Source: Octopus sinensis (lineage: Eukaryota). From it: DNA of 64,000 bases. Location: positions 22,258,001 through 22,322,000 of the forward strand of contig NC_043020.1 in assembly GCF_006345805.1 (NCBI RefSeq), in the 5' to 3' direction. Of this stretch, positions 37,466 through 50,464 are shown piece after piece. A program made the position numbers and the translations under genes. Each line of letters starts with the position of its first letter. The first letter of the stretch is position 1. The notes beneath the pieces are model-generated. The model was not told the origin of the DNA. It was given only the letters and a program-made list of their open reading frames with translations, and did not search any database.

Positions 37466-38496
37466 ATATATACACACACGTACATATATATATATATATA
37501 CATACATAAATACATACATATATATATATACATATATAAATACATACATATATATATATATACATACATAAATACATATATATATACATACATAAATACG
37601 TATATATATATATATATACATAAATACATACATACATAAATACATACATACATAAATAAATACATATATATATATATATGTATACATAAGTTTAGGGTGG
37701 ATACTTGATAAGTGTAAGCACCTGTATACACCAGCTAGTAGTAGAGATGAGAGGGTATACGCATCAAATGAAATCAAAAACTCTCTTTTTTTCTCTCTTC
37801 TTTCTATTTTCTTTTCTCTCTTCCTTCTACCTTCTTCCTGTCTATCTACTTTTCATCTCCATACTCTCCCTACTTTTTCTCTCTTTCTCCTCTTTTTCCC
37901 CATCTTTCCTTCTCCTTATTTCCTTTCTCTTACAAGAGGAATGAACCCACTTGAACCTATACAACATTCACTCTATGTTGACTGGTGAAACAGTATGGAT
38001 GGATTTTCGAAGTCCAATGATACCCTACACACCTATTTGGTTATGAAGATTTACAAACATACTTTCTCAGTGAGACTCGATATACCTACCAATATGGGTA
38101 ACACCAAATGTACCTTTCAGATTTTTCCTAATGTGATGTAAATTTTTGGTATAGCAATTGCATGCAGCTGAAGAGAGATTTAAACCATCCTTTATGTCGA
38201 TTATACAATAATGTAAGAATAGGTTGTTGATAAAGCTTGAAACACGTGTACCGCAATATCCTTTGTGTTCTGTTTTTGATATCATTTGATGCACATATAC
38301 ATACATATCATCATCATCATCATCATCATTTAGTGTCCACTTTCCATGCTAGCATGGGTTGAACGGTTCAACTGGGGTCTGTGAAGCCAGAAGGCTGCAT
38401 CAGGTCCAGTCTGATCTGGCAGTGTTTCTACGGCTGGATGCCCTTCCTATATGTATATATACATACATATATATATATACACACACACATATATAT

Positions 38497-38561
<65 letters not shown>

Positions 38562-38563
38562 CA

Positions 38564-38602
<39 letters not shown>

Positions 38603-38609
<7 letters not shown>

Positions 38610-39270
38610 CGTCCACTCGTGACCGAGGAAGACCATTGCCGACCTTCAGGAACATTGTGCGCTCTAGGACTAACTTATATTTTGCATTTGTGGCTCCGTT
38701 GGTGGCTAATGAGCCCTGCTCTTGATAAGCATACACGACTGCAAACATTGCAGACCAAGCTTTCCCCATTCACTATATGAGCCGTGCACTTTCGCGCAGC
38801 TTGCTTAAGTTCTTCATGGTGGATACGTGCTCTCTCAAAAGAGTCGATCCCCTCCCTAACCTGCTTCCTCCATCTGTGGCGGTGACAGTCTATTATTCGT
38901 GACCTCCTTTATGCAGATGACTGTGACTTAGTCACTCATACAGGGGATGACATGCATATACTTATGAATTGCATTTCTGCTTCTTGCAGGGCATTTGGAC
39001 TCAGTATTAGCCTGGACAAGACTGTTGTAATGTTCCAGCCTGCACCTGGAAATCCATATATAGAACCAGCTATCTTGGTTGAAGGAACAATTCTGAAGGT
39101 AGTAGACAAGTTTGTCTACCTAGGCAGCACACTCAGCCGTTCTTGCTCTCTGGATGAGGAAATATCTTTCAGGTTGCAGAGAGGAACTAATTCCTTCTGG
39201 TCTCTTCAGTCTCATGTCTGGTCCTAACATGGCATTACAAGACAAACAAAAGTTTCTCTGTACTGACATT
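38603..39270. mobile_element. BovB-like RTE with inverted 5' segment
   Basis: Minus 38870-38603: WRKQVREG...[21 protein letters not shown] plus 3'UTR. Plus 38873-39270: LLYADDC...DKTVVM...FVYLGS. Confidence 0.82.
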
Positions 39271-39294
39271 GCTTCTCTACTCATATATATATAT

Positions 39295-41003
39295 ATATAT
39301 AACGGGAAGCTTTATGAAAATAGACAAAAGACGAAGGCAGGTGGAAAACAAACAAACAATTGTATTAGTATGGCGCTCAGGAAATATAAATAAAACAAGT
39401 CTTTAACGTTTTGAGCCTACGCTCTTCAACAGAAAGATACACAGAGAGAAAAAAAACACAGAAAGAAGGAGAGAAAAAAAAAATGCGTGCAGTAACTAAC
39501 GAATCAACATGGCGATCTGATTTCGGCCAGAGGTCAAAGATCAAACATGAGACGCGAGAGCGAAATAAGGGGAGATAATAGGGTTGAATGACCCTAGGAT
39601 AGGTCTGGACAGGCGTATGTATGGGGTTGGTGTATGTATTAGTATGTATTAGTATGTATTAATACGTATTAGTATGTATAAGTGTGTGTGTATGAGAGAG
39701 TATAAGTGCGTATGAGGGGTCTGGACGTGTGTATGTATAGGGTTGGTGTATGTATTAGTATGTATTAGTATGTATTAGTTGATGATGTGATGTGTAAAGT
39801 CGTGTGGTGTAGTGAGGAGAAGAGGGGGAGGGGGAGAAGGGGAGGGGAAGAGGAGAGGAGGGGGAGGAGGAAAGAGAAGGGGAGTGAGGGAGCAGAGGGA
39901 AGGAGGGAGGGAGAAAGAGGGAAGAAGGGAAGGGGAGTAGGGGTGAAAGGATGAAGGACTGAAGAAGTAGGGGTCGGGGGGGAAGGATAGGTGAGGAGGG
40001 GGAGAGGGGGGAGAGTTGAGACCAAATGGCGTATAAGAGCGAAGAGAGAAGATTAATTCCTGTTCACGGCGCAAACGGGAATCCAGATGGCCTCTGTGTA
40101 AGGACAAACCGAACACAGATAGGTGTTGCAAGGAGTGACCGGTGGAGCGGAAATGGCGTGAGACCGGTGTGTCGTTCGCAAGGTGGATGTCACGAAGGTG
40201 TTCTGCGAACCGGTCAGCCAAGCGGCGTCCCGTTTGTCTGATGTACAAGGAATTGCAGAGAGAGCAAGAGACGCAATAGATAATATTGCTGGAGGTGCAG
40301 GTGAAGGAGTGGATGATGGGATAGGGTCGATGGTGGGTGCTAGTGAGGCGGGTGGTGTTGGAGAGGTAAGGGCAAGTGCGGCAACGTGGGCGGGAGCAGG
40401 GGAACGAGCCGGGTTGGGAGGTAGGGTCAGGGAAGGAGCTATGGACCAAAAGGTCTCGAAGGTTGTGGGCTCGTTTGAAAGAGGGGAGGGGTCGGTTAGG
40501 GAAGAGGTGTGAAGTGGACGGGTCGAACTGGAGATGACGGAAAGCTCGAAGAATGGTGCATTGGAGACGTAGGGTCGTGGGGTGGTAAGTGAGGGGAAAA
40601 GGGAGGCGGGAGACTACAGGGCGGGTTCGGGGAGAGAGAGCAGATACACGGTCCACGGACCGTGCTCTGGCAAGGGCGGTGTGGATAGTGGTGAGGGGGT
40701 ATCCACGTAGGGTGAAGTGGTGAGCCATACGTTGAGACTGAGTCTCAAAGTCATGGTCATCACTACAGAGCCTACGTAGACGGAGGAATTGGGAATAGGG
40801 GATGGAAAGCTTGGTGTGTTCTGGGTGGGAGGAAGAGAAGTTGAGGTATGAGTGTGAGTCTGTGTGTTTGTAGTGAATGGAGGTGGTAAGAGTGGAGTGA
40901 AGAATGCTAACCAAAATGTCGAGGAAGGAGACAGAGGTGTTGGAGATAGTGGAAGTGAAGTGGAGGGCTGGATGGAAAGATTGGACAAAAGAGAGGAAGG
41001 AAT
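39295..41003 (-). mobile_element. Penelope-like element 3' half (RT thumb, GIY-YIG, terminal repeat)
   Basis: [64 protein letters not shown]. Decayed HHR at 39401-39436. Confidence 0.92.
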
Positions 41004-41090
41004 CATATATATATACACATACATATATATACATAAATACATATATATATACACATACATATATATACATAAATATATATATACACATAC

Positions 41091-41133
<43 letters not shown>

Positions 41134-41156
41134 TACATATATATATACATACATAC

Positions 41157-41189
<33 letters not shown>

Positions 41190-41249
41190 TACATACATAC
41201 ATACATAAATACATATATATATATATATATACATACCTACATACGTATA

Positions 41250-41378
41250 TCATCATCATCATTTAATGTCCGCTTTCCATGCTAGCATGGGTTGGACGAT
41301 TTGACTGAGGTCTGGCGAACCAAACTCCAATCTGATCTGGCACAGTTTCTACATCTGGATGCCCTTTCTAACATACAT

Positions 41379-41435
<57 letters not shown>

Positions 41436-41832
41436 TATATACATACTGGCCTTCATGCCAATGGAACGTTAAAAAACACCATTCAAGCGTGATCGTTACT
41501 TCCATCGCCTTACTAGCACTTGTGCTGATGGCATGTGAAAAAAACTTTATAGCGAGGTCCTTGCCACTTCTGCTTGACTGGCTCCCATGCAGGTGGCACA
41601 TAAAAAGCACCATTTGAGCATAGTCGTTGCCAGTACCACCTAACTGGCCCTCGTGCCGGTGGCACGTAAAAGCACCCACTACACTCTCGGAGTGGTTGGT
41701 GTTAGGAAGGGTATCAAGCTATAGAAACTCTGCCAGATGAAATTGGGGTCTGGTTCGCCAGACCTCAGTCAAATCGTCCAACCCATGCTAGCATGGAAAG
41801 CGGACGTTAAATGATGATGATGTACACATACA

Positions 41833-41879
<47 letters not shown>

Positions 41880-42185
41880 ATATATATAAATGCATACATA
41901 TATATATAAGTATGTATGCATATTATCATCATCATCATTTAGTGTCCGCTTTCCATGCTAGCATGGGTTGGACGGTTCAACTGGGGTCTGGAAAGTAGAA
42001 GGCTGCACTAGGCCCAGTCTGATCTGACAAAGTTTCTACAGCTGGATGCCCTTCCTAATGCCAACCACTCCATGAGTGTAGTTGGTGCTTTTTACGTGCC
42101 ACCAGCACGAGGGCCAGTTTGGTGGTACTGGCAACGGCCATGCCCAAATGGTGCTTTTTGTGTGCCACCTGCACAGGAGCCAGTC
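41250..42185. mobile_element. Three RTE 3'-tail fragments in alternating orientation
   Basis: 41250-41370 (-), about 41440-41822 (+), 41925-42185 (-). Confidence 0.8.
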
Positions 42186-42709
42186 ATATATATGTATGTA
42201 TATATATGTGTATATATATCATTTTACTTACATAATCATTTTCAAATCCTCAGTAGAGTATATCAAAAATAAAATTTACTGAACCGAACGCCAAAATCCA
42301 TACGAAGCCGAGCAAAGGCGAACGGCACAGCCGATTATATTTGCAGTTACGTTCAAATATCCTCGTTTTTGGCGTGTTGAAAATTACTGAGGTAGTATTT
42401 ACATCCGGTATTTTCAACATGCCAAAAATGAGGATATTTGAACGTAACTGCAAATATAATCGGCTGTGATATACTCTACTGAGGATTCGAAAATGATTAT
42501 GTAAGTAAAATTACACAATCTATTAATGATGAAACAATTGTATAGAGTTAATCTATTTTTTCGTTATTTTTCATTTGTCCTGCCCGCTTACATTCTTGGC
42601 GTGTTGAATTGATGCTTGAGAACAATTCTTTAGTGGTCGATTCCCTTTGCAGATCTATTTCTAGCGTTAGAGTAACCACATGTGGTCTCTCTCCTATTAC
42701 TTGTATTAA

Positions 42710-42740
<31 letters not shown>

Positions 42741-42772
42741 CAGCAAATGTAATATGTGACAATTATTCGGTA

Positions 42773-42843
42773 GCCAATATAAAACTCTGAGTTTCAGATG
42801 CCGAGGTTGAAATCCACACCCCCATTTCTTCAGTTATCTGGCC
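42773..42843 (-). ncRNA. HHR motif, canonical core, extended stem II
   Basis: GCCAGAUAA-CUGAAGA-aAUGGGGGU...ACCUCggCAUcu-GAAA-CUCAGAG-UU-UUAUAUUGGC. Confidence 0.6.
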
Positions 42844-43132
42844 ATCGGAAAAACGCTATGAAAAATGACCATTATACAAAGGGAAATTACTGTGTTATAT
42901 ACAAAAGTGCTATTCGAATGACTGCTAATTAAGATAAGGTAAAAAGTTCATAGTAAACACGCTTGTACCCATATAAGCATGTTTCACAATGACCTCGAAC
43001 CCACAAGAGTAAACAAGAGACACAGAGACAGGCAGAAACAAGGAAAATGCCACTTGTATTTGAACACTATACAAATATTCAATTAAAAAAACTTTTCTTT
43101 TGATTCTTCTAAATCTAATTGTTTGATTGTTA

Positions 43133-43168
43133 CAGTTGAAAAAGTATCAATGACTGAAACCGGTACTG
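43133..43168 (+). ncRNA. HHR motif with U3:A8 core
   Basis: CAG-UUGAAAA-AGUaucaaugACU-GAAA-CCGG-UA-CUG. Confidence 0.62.
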
Positions 43169-44156
43169 AAATATTCTTTATAAAATTATTTTAGCATTTT
43201 CTACCTTCACTTGTTTTTCCATATATATATATATATATATAATATCATTTACTATTTATTAGTAAATAATAGGGTCATATTGTCTTAATGCCTTATTATC
43301 TAACACACTCACTGATCCAATTTCCACTCATTTACTTATTTATATTATTTTTCTTCCAAGATTTTCATTGCTTTTGCAAACTTGTCATTGGATGTCGGGT
43401 CTCAACGTCCATTGATAAGTTTGTAAAAGCAACGAAAATCTTGCAAGAAAAATTATAAATGATAAATGAGTGGAAATGGAACCGGTTAGTGTCATCATCA
43501 TCATCATTTAATGACCGTTGTCTATGCTGGCTGGTAAGCTGGAAGGCTGCTCTAGACTCCAGTCTGATTTGGCATGGTTTTCTACAGCTGGATGCCCTTC
43601 CTAATGCCAACCACAACAAGAGTGCAATGGGTGCTTTTACATGCCACCAGCATGGGTGCCATTTGTGTCACACCAGTACCTGCTACAACTGTGGTTTTGC
43701 TCGGCTTAGTGGGTCTTCTTCTCAAGCACCATGTCATAGTGCCAAAGGTCTTGGTTGAAGTGTGTTAGATAATAAAGCATTGAGACAATATGACACACCC
43801 CAAGGTTAGCATAATTTTTTTAATGTGTTTCAAGAGAATTTTATCAATAAATCATTTTAAACTTAAATCATTTTTTTTTTTATCTTAGTGTGTTTTTTGA
43901 TAACTGAGAGAAAAGAAAGATTGAGGAAAGACGAAAAGAAGAAACCACAAGTGAGGGATGTAAGGGTTTGTGTGGAGAAATATGGGTCTTTGTAATTTAG
44001 GATAAAGTGGTCATGGGTTGAAGGTGTGTGCAGGGTGGGTGGAGGGGTCAGAAGGCATATCTGAATTGGATTGAGATGTTCCTTGAAAACATCTCTTGTT
44101 TGTTTTAAAATATCTTATCAGATAGACTGTATATCTTCAGACAACCAGGAGCCTCA

Positions 44157-44213
<57 letters not shown>

Positions 44214-44557
44214 TACATATATATGCACATGTGTGTATATATATGTACATATATGTGTGTGTAAGTATATATAAATACATATATATTCAATCTCGAATTT
44301 GATGGACATATAGCAGTGCATAAGCCAATTCAAAAAATCTCCAGTGAGACTTTTTATTGATGAACCCAGAATGACAAGTTGAAACATGTGTTGTGCTCAA
44401 TAAAATCTATTACACATTCCATCTCCTATTTTAATAATACTATTACCCCAACCACTACTACAAAGTTCCTGCAGTAAATCTATGGATAACAACAGGTAAC
44501 CTATCTGTGCCAATGCTTTACTTATCATCTATTTATACATTTTGTATAATTTTCCAT

Positions 44558-44594
<37 letters not shown>

Positions 44595-44629
44595 ATATAC
44601 ATATATATATACACACATACGTACACACC

Positions 44630-44679
<50 letters not shown>

Positions 44680-44834
44680 CTAACTGTCTGGATGTTTTGC
44701 GTTCTTGACCCATTTTGTATTTTATGACGAATAAGAACGTGAAACTCTGAGTAAGAGCTTTTGTGATATTTCTGCTGCTTTTAAATAAAGCATATTACTC
44801 TACCTCTGGTATATATATATATATATATATATAT

Positions 44835-45348
44835 ACTAGCAGTATCCCTGGCGTTGCTCGGGTTTGTAAGGGAAATAACTATATAAGCATTTTTAGAGAG
44901 TTACTTCCCTTATAGTTGCCAATTCGGGCTTTCTTAGCCATTTCTGTTTTAGTGTCTTCAAGCCATGAAGTCGTTGTTCTAAAAGAACGCTGGTCTCCTT
45001 GACAACGCTTTACGACGTTGATTTCCTTACACTCCCTTCCCCACAGCTTCACGAGGGAGGGAAGAAGGGGGAGAAGCACACAGGTGCAGGTGTGACCATG
45101 GACGCCAACTCTGCCGCCATCGACACACGAAAAAATATGCATTAAAATGGAATAAAAAATTATGTTAAATTATTTTTAAAATCGTAGACTCATCATAGAC
45201 GCGCGCTAATACCCAGACGGGCTCGATATGAATCACGACTATAAGATATCCGAATTTGGTTAAACTGCACCGCAAAATGTGGGTGTAGTTAGGAATCTAA
45301 ATCGAAGGGGACAGACACTCACACAACTACAGTTTTATATATATAGAT
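44835..45348 (+). mobile_element. Non-autonomous Helitron/Helentron-like element
   Basis: 5' actagcagtatccctggcgttgctcggg; 3' ...gacagacactcacacaactacagttttatatatatagat. Relatives at 48398-48868 and 58270-59400. Confidence 0.6.
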
Positions 45349-45628
45349 ATAAAGGTGAGCTGAGTTAGATGTTAAAATAACTTTTCCTTTTTTCTTCTCT
45401 ATGCTCTTTTTTATTCATTCTTCACTCTGATGAAGCTCTATGTTTCACATCAGTTTTATTACCAAATATAATAAATATTTTTAGCTTATAAGTGGCAATA
45501 CCATACAACATTGTAAGCAGGAACAGCTATTAGATCGGATGTAGTCTATTTGTATTGAATTAATAAATAATAATTGATGTAAGTCTATTGTTGTTCTTCC
45601 ATATTTCTCCATTTTCTGTTTACTTAAA

Positions 45629-45657
<29 letters not shown>

Positions 45658-45659
<2 letters not shown>

Positions 45660-45876
45660 TTCTTTACTGCCCACAAGGGGCTAAACACAGAGGGGACAAA
45701 CAAGGACAGACAAAGGGATTAAGTCGACTACATCGACCCCAGTGCGTAACTGGTACTTAATTTATCGACCCCGAAAGGATGAAAGGCAAAGTCGACCTCG
45801 GCGGAATTTGAACTCGGAACGTAACGACAGACGAATTTCGCCCGGCGTGCTAACGTTTCTACCAGCTCGCCGCCTT
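45658..45876 (-). mobile_element. Young full-length SINE-B with an alternative 3' tail
   Basis: CpG-rich. A and B boxes present. Inserted in a (TA)n tract. Confidence 0.88.
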
Positions 45877-45930
45877 TTATATATATATATATATGTACAT
45901 ACTCACACACACACATACATAGATACATGC

Positions 45931-46270
45931 GAGCATCGGTTGAAAAGTTCATAGGCTGACCAAGATTCTTACATGGAATGAGAACAAAATGAGGTTTACT
46001 TTTCAACTCAGTCTCCATTGCAGAACACACACATTCTTCCTTTGGTGTTGCAGTTCTTGGATGCCATCGGTGAAGAAGCTTTCATCCTGTTGGTCAAAAA
46101 ACCATCATCCAACCGCAGATATGATGTTATCATCACTTCGAAACTGGTTCACGGCCAAGTGTTTTTTTTTTCATGTTGGGGAACAGATGATAGTTAGATA
46201 GGGCCAAACCAGGAGATTAGGGATAGTGACCAACTGGTTCAAAGCCACAGTTATCCATAGACACCATTGA
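45931..46270 (-). mobile_element. Mariner transposase C-terminal remnant (duplicated at about 49208-49550)
   Basis: QFRSDDNIISAV..FFDQQDESFFTDGIQELQH. Confidence 0.78.
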
Positions 46271-47907
46271 AACCCAAAGACTTTGGTAAGAAGTTTACTT
46301 CCCTACCAAAAGGTTCCGGGTTCAGTCTCATTTTATGGCACTTTGGGCAAGTATCTTTTTCTATAGTCCTGAGCAGAGCAAGGCCTTGCAAATTGATTTG
46401 GTAGGTGGAAACTGAATGAAGCTTTTTGTGTATAATATCATCATCATTTAATGTTTGTTCTCCACACTGGCCAACCAGAGAGCTACCCCAGGCTCTATTT
46501 GTCTTTTCTGGCAGGATTTTTACAACTTGATGCCAACCACTTTACGGAGTGCACTGGGTGCTTTTTATGTGTGTGTGTCTTTATATTTGCTCAACAAACA
46601 GTGTCAGTTTGTTTGCATCCACATAATTTATCCATTTGCCAAAAGAGGCCGATAGAGTAAAGACCAGGCTTAAAAAGAAAATAACATATGTATATGTATT
46701 GTGATTGATTTGCTTGACTAGACCCCTCAAGGCAATGCCCCAGTATGGCCATAATCCAGTGACTGAAATAAGTAAAAAATAAAAGACGTTTTAAAAAAAT
46801 TACAATTTTCTTGTTTTAAAACCCCAAAATTAAAAGAAAACCCACAGTTTTAATGTCAAAGTCAATAATTGAGCTGGCAGAAACATTTGCTTAGCGGTAT
46901 TTCATCTGTCTTTACATTCTGAGTTCAAATTCTGCCGAGGTTGACTTTGACTTTCATCTTTTGGGGTCAATAAATTAAGTACCAGTTGAGAACTGGGGGC
47001 AATCTAATCAACTGGCCCCCTCACCCCAAATTTCAGGCCTTGTGCCTAGAGTAGAAAAGAATATACAAAATTTTAATTCTGCTGAGGTTGACTTTGCCTT
47101 TCATCCATTTGAGGTCAATAAATAAAGTACCAGTTGTGTACTAGGGTCAATCTAATTGACTGCCCCCCCCCCCCGCCAAAAATTTCAGGTCTTGTGCCTA
47201 GAGTAGAAATGAATAATCATATCATGTTGACAAGAACAGACCCAGTTTTAGTCTTTTCCCAAATTTTACTGCATCAAATTTCAAGATTCATTCAAATGAT
47301 GTTCTTGTTCTTGTTGCTGTTTTGTTATTGTTTTTTTTATTTTCATGTTTCTATTCTTATTTATTTAATTTTTTTTATCTTCCATCAAGAGATAAAATGT
47401 AAAACATGACATTTCTAGTGTTAACCTTCCACCACTACCACTGCCGCCAACATTAACATAACCACCACCATCACAACAACAATGAAAGGTCATTTTCTTT
47501 TTTTTCTTTTCTTTAATTTTATTAAAATTTCAGTTTTGTTGCTGTTAATGTTTATGTTCTTGTCTCCCCACAAATCCTACCAGTCCCCTCCTACTCCTGT
47601 CTGCTCCACTTCACTACCCCCCACCAACCACTGGAATTATATAAAATTATCAGAATTATCTGTAAAGAGATAAAATAACAATGAAATTGTGTCTGAGAAA
47701 TAAAAGCAAATGTTTGTGTGTATATGTATATACACACACATGCATGTATATATTTGACTGTTACAAAGCCTTGCCGTGAGTCAAATAACAATGTAAACAT
47801 GTTTGATTTCAAGGAAAAAGACTGGGGAAGACAGTGTCCTTTCATTGACCAATTCATGGTTTGTTGGCTGCTCTTTAGAGAACATCTATTAACATTTATT
47901 TATACAC

Positions 47908-48052
<145 letters not shown>

Positions 48053-48244
48053 TATAGTACATATACACACAAACATTTGCTTTTATTTCTCAGACACAAT
48101 TTCATTGTTATTTTATCTCTTTACAGATAATTCTGATAATTTTATATAATTCCAGTGGTTGGTGGGGGGTAGTGAAGTGGAGCAGACAGGAGTAGGAGGG
48201 GACTGGCAGGATTTGTGGGGAGACAAGAACATAAACATTAACAA

Positions 48245-48276
<32 letters not shown>

Positions 48277-50464
48277 CATACATATATATATACATATATA
48301 TATATACAAGCAGTAATACCTGTCGTTTATCGGATAATTACTTTTACTCTTTCTCAAGAGTCACATTCAAAGTATTATTATATATATATATATAATAGAT
48401 TTCTCAACGGGGATTTCAGGGGAGAGTTTCAGGGAGTCACTGGCGATGTATCGTGATGATCAAAAATCCGGCCTGCTAAAATTTGGTTAAAGTGATTAAA
48501 ACTGCAGACTCAATGCAAAATGGTCACATTTAATTCAAAGCGTTAGAAATGTTATGAAAACAATTGGTATGCGTTCACAAAGTCCAAATGATTAATACAA
48601 AAAAACCCTCCAGGCTACATCCCGAAAATTCATTTCTTTGCCGAATTTCTACAATGTTTACGGTGATTCGTTTTTATATCTATATTTTTTATTTTTCATG
48701 CAATTTACGTATCGTAGACGCGCGCTAATACCCAGACGGGCTCGATATGAATCACGACTATAAGATACCCGAATTTGGTTAAACTGCACCGCAAAATGTG
48801 GGAGTAGTTAGGAATTTAAATCGAAGGGGACAGACACTCACACAACTACAGTTTTATATATATAGATATAAAGGTGAGCTGAGTTAGATGTTAAAATAAC
48901 TTTTCCTTTTTTCTTCTCTATGCTCTTTTTTATTCATTCTTCACTCTGATGAAGCTCTATGTTTCACATCAGTTTTATTACCAAATATAATAAATATTTT
49001 TAGCTTATAAGTGGCAATACCATACAACATTGTAAGCAGGAACAGCTATTAGATCGGATGTAGTCTATTTGTATTGAATTAATAAATAATAATTGATGTA
49101 AGTCAATTGTTGTTCATCCATATTTCTCCATTTTCTGTTTACTTTAATTTTTTTATATATATATATATATATGTACATACTCACACACACACATACATAG
49201 ATACATGCGAGCATCGGTTGAAAAGTTCATAGGCTGACCAAGATTCTTACATGGAATGAGAACAAAATGAGGTTTACTTTTCAACTCAGTCTCCATTGCA
49301 GAACACACACATTCTTCCTTTGGTGTTGCAGTTCTTGGATGCCATCGGTGAAGAAGCTTTCATCCTGTTGGTCAAAAAACCATCATCCAACCGCAGATAT
49401 GATGTTATCATCACTTCGAAACTGGTTCACGGCCAAGTGTTTTTTTTTTCATGTTGGGGAACAGATGATAGTTAGATAGGGCCAAACCAGGAGATTAGGG
49501 ATAGTGACCAACTGGTTCAAAGCCACAGTTATCCATAGACACCATTGAAACCCAAAGACTTTGGTAAGAAGTTTACTTCCCTACCAAAAGGTTCCGGGTT
49601 CAGTCTCATTTCATGGCACCTTGGGCAAGTATCTTTTTCTATAGTCCTGAGCAGTGGTGAACACAGTTCACGTCAAACAGCTGACTGAGTAAAGTTCACT
49701 ATTCAATGCATGGGATAAGGCCTAAACAAACACATTATCAGTTATTGCACTTGCGAGATGAATTTCGGAACAGAAATAGCGCAGTTCAATTTTCATTTGC
49801 CTAAACTTTAAGTGACCCATTTTTGGTGGTTCTATGATTTGTTGGCTAGGAGGAGATGTGCCGGGAAGTTAAACACACAGACACACACATAGATACACAC
49901 ACACAGACACACAAGTTGAGTTTATATATATATATATACGCACACACACAAAGTATGGGGGTTTAGTTCACAGGTGATCTAAACAACTAGGTACGCTAGG
50001 TGAGTACTGTAATGGATTACCAGGACACAAAGATTATAGTTGAGACAGTAATTATGGAGCCATTGTAGATTTCTCATGCAGTGGATGTATAATTGTTAAA
50101 GAGGACACACATATAGGTACAGGAGTGGCTGTGTGGTAAGAACCTTGTTTCTGGTCCTACGATGTGGTCGTGTTTTTTTCTTGTGCTGGTAAACGTTTTG
50201 CTATTGTTGGATTCCATTGTTTTTGGATTGTTATTGTTGTTGTATTTGTTGAACTCTATTTATTTTTACTACTCCCCGGTATACCGGGAAATAGGAACTG
50301 TTAAATTTAATTCTGTGACCATTGTGGCATTGCCTTTTTTTTAAATTTTGTGTAAAAATTCGAACTGTTTTAGACTTTGTTTTTATGCCCCACCCCTAGT
50401 AGGAGGTGGGATTGGAACTATTATCCTTTATTAGATGAAAATTTATTATAGGCTTCCACTTTAA

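Noticed and set aside
44325-44395. Other partial HHR-like sites (44360, 44724, 42525, 56040, 63725)
   Set aside because: One or more core or stem elements are broken; at best decayed copies.
45426-45455. CTGATGA motif (also at about 48946)
   Set aside because: No downstream GAAA/NUH.
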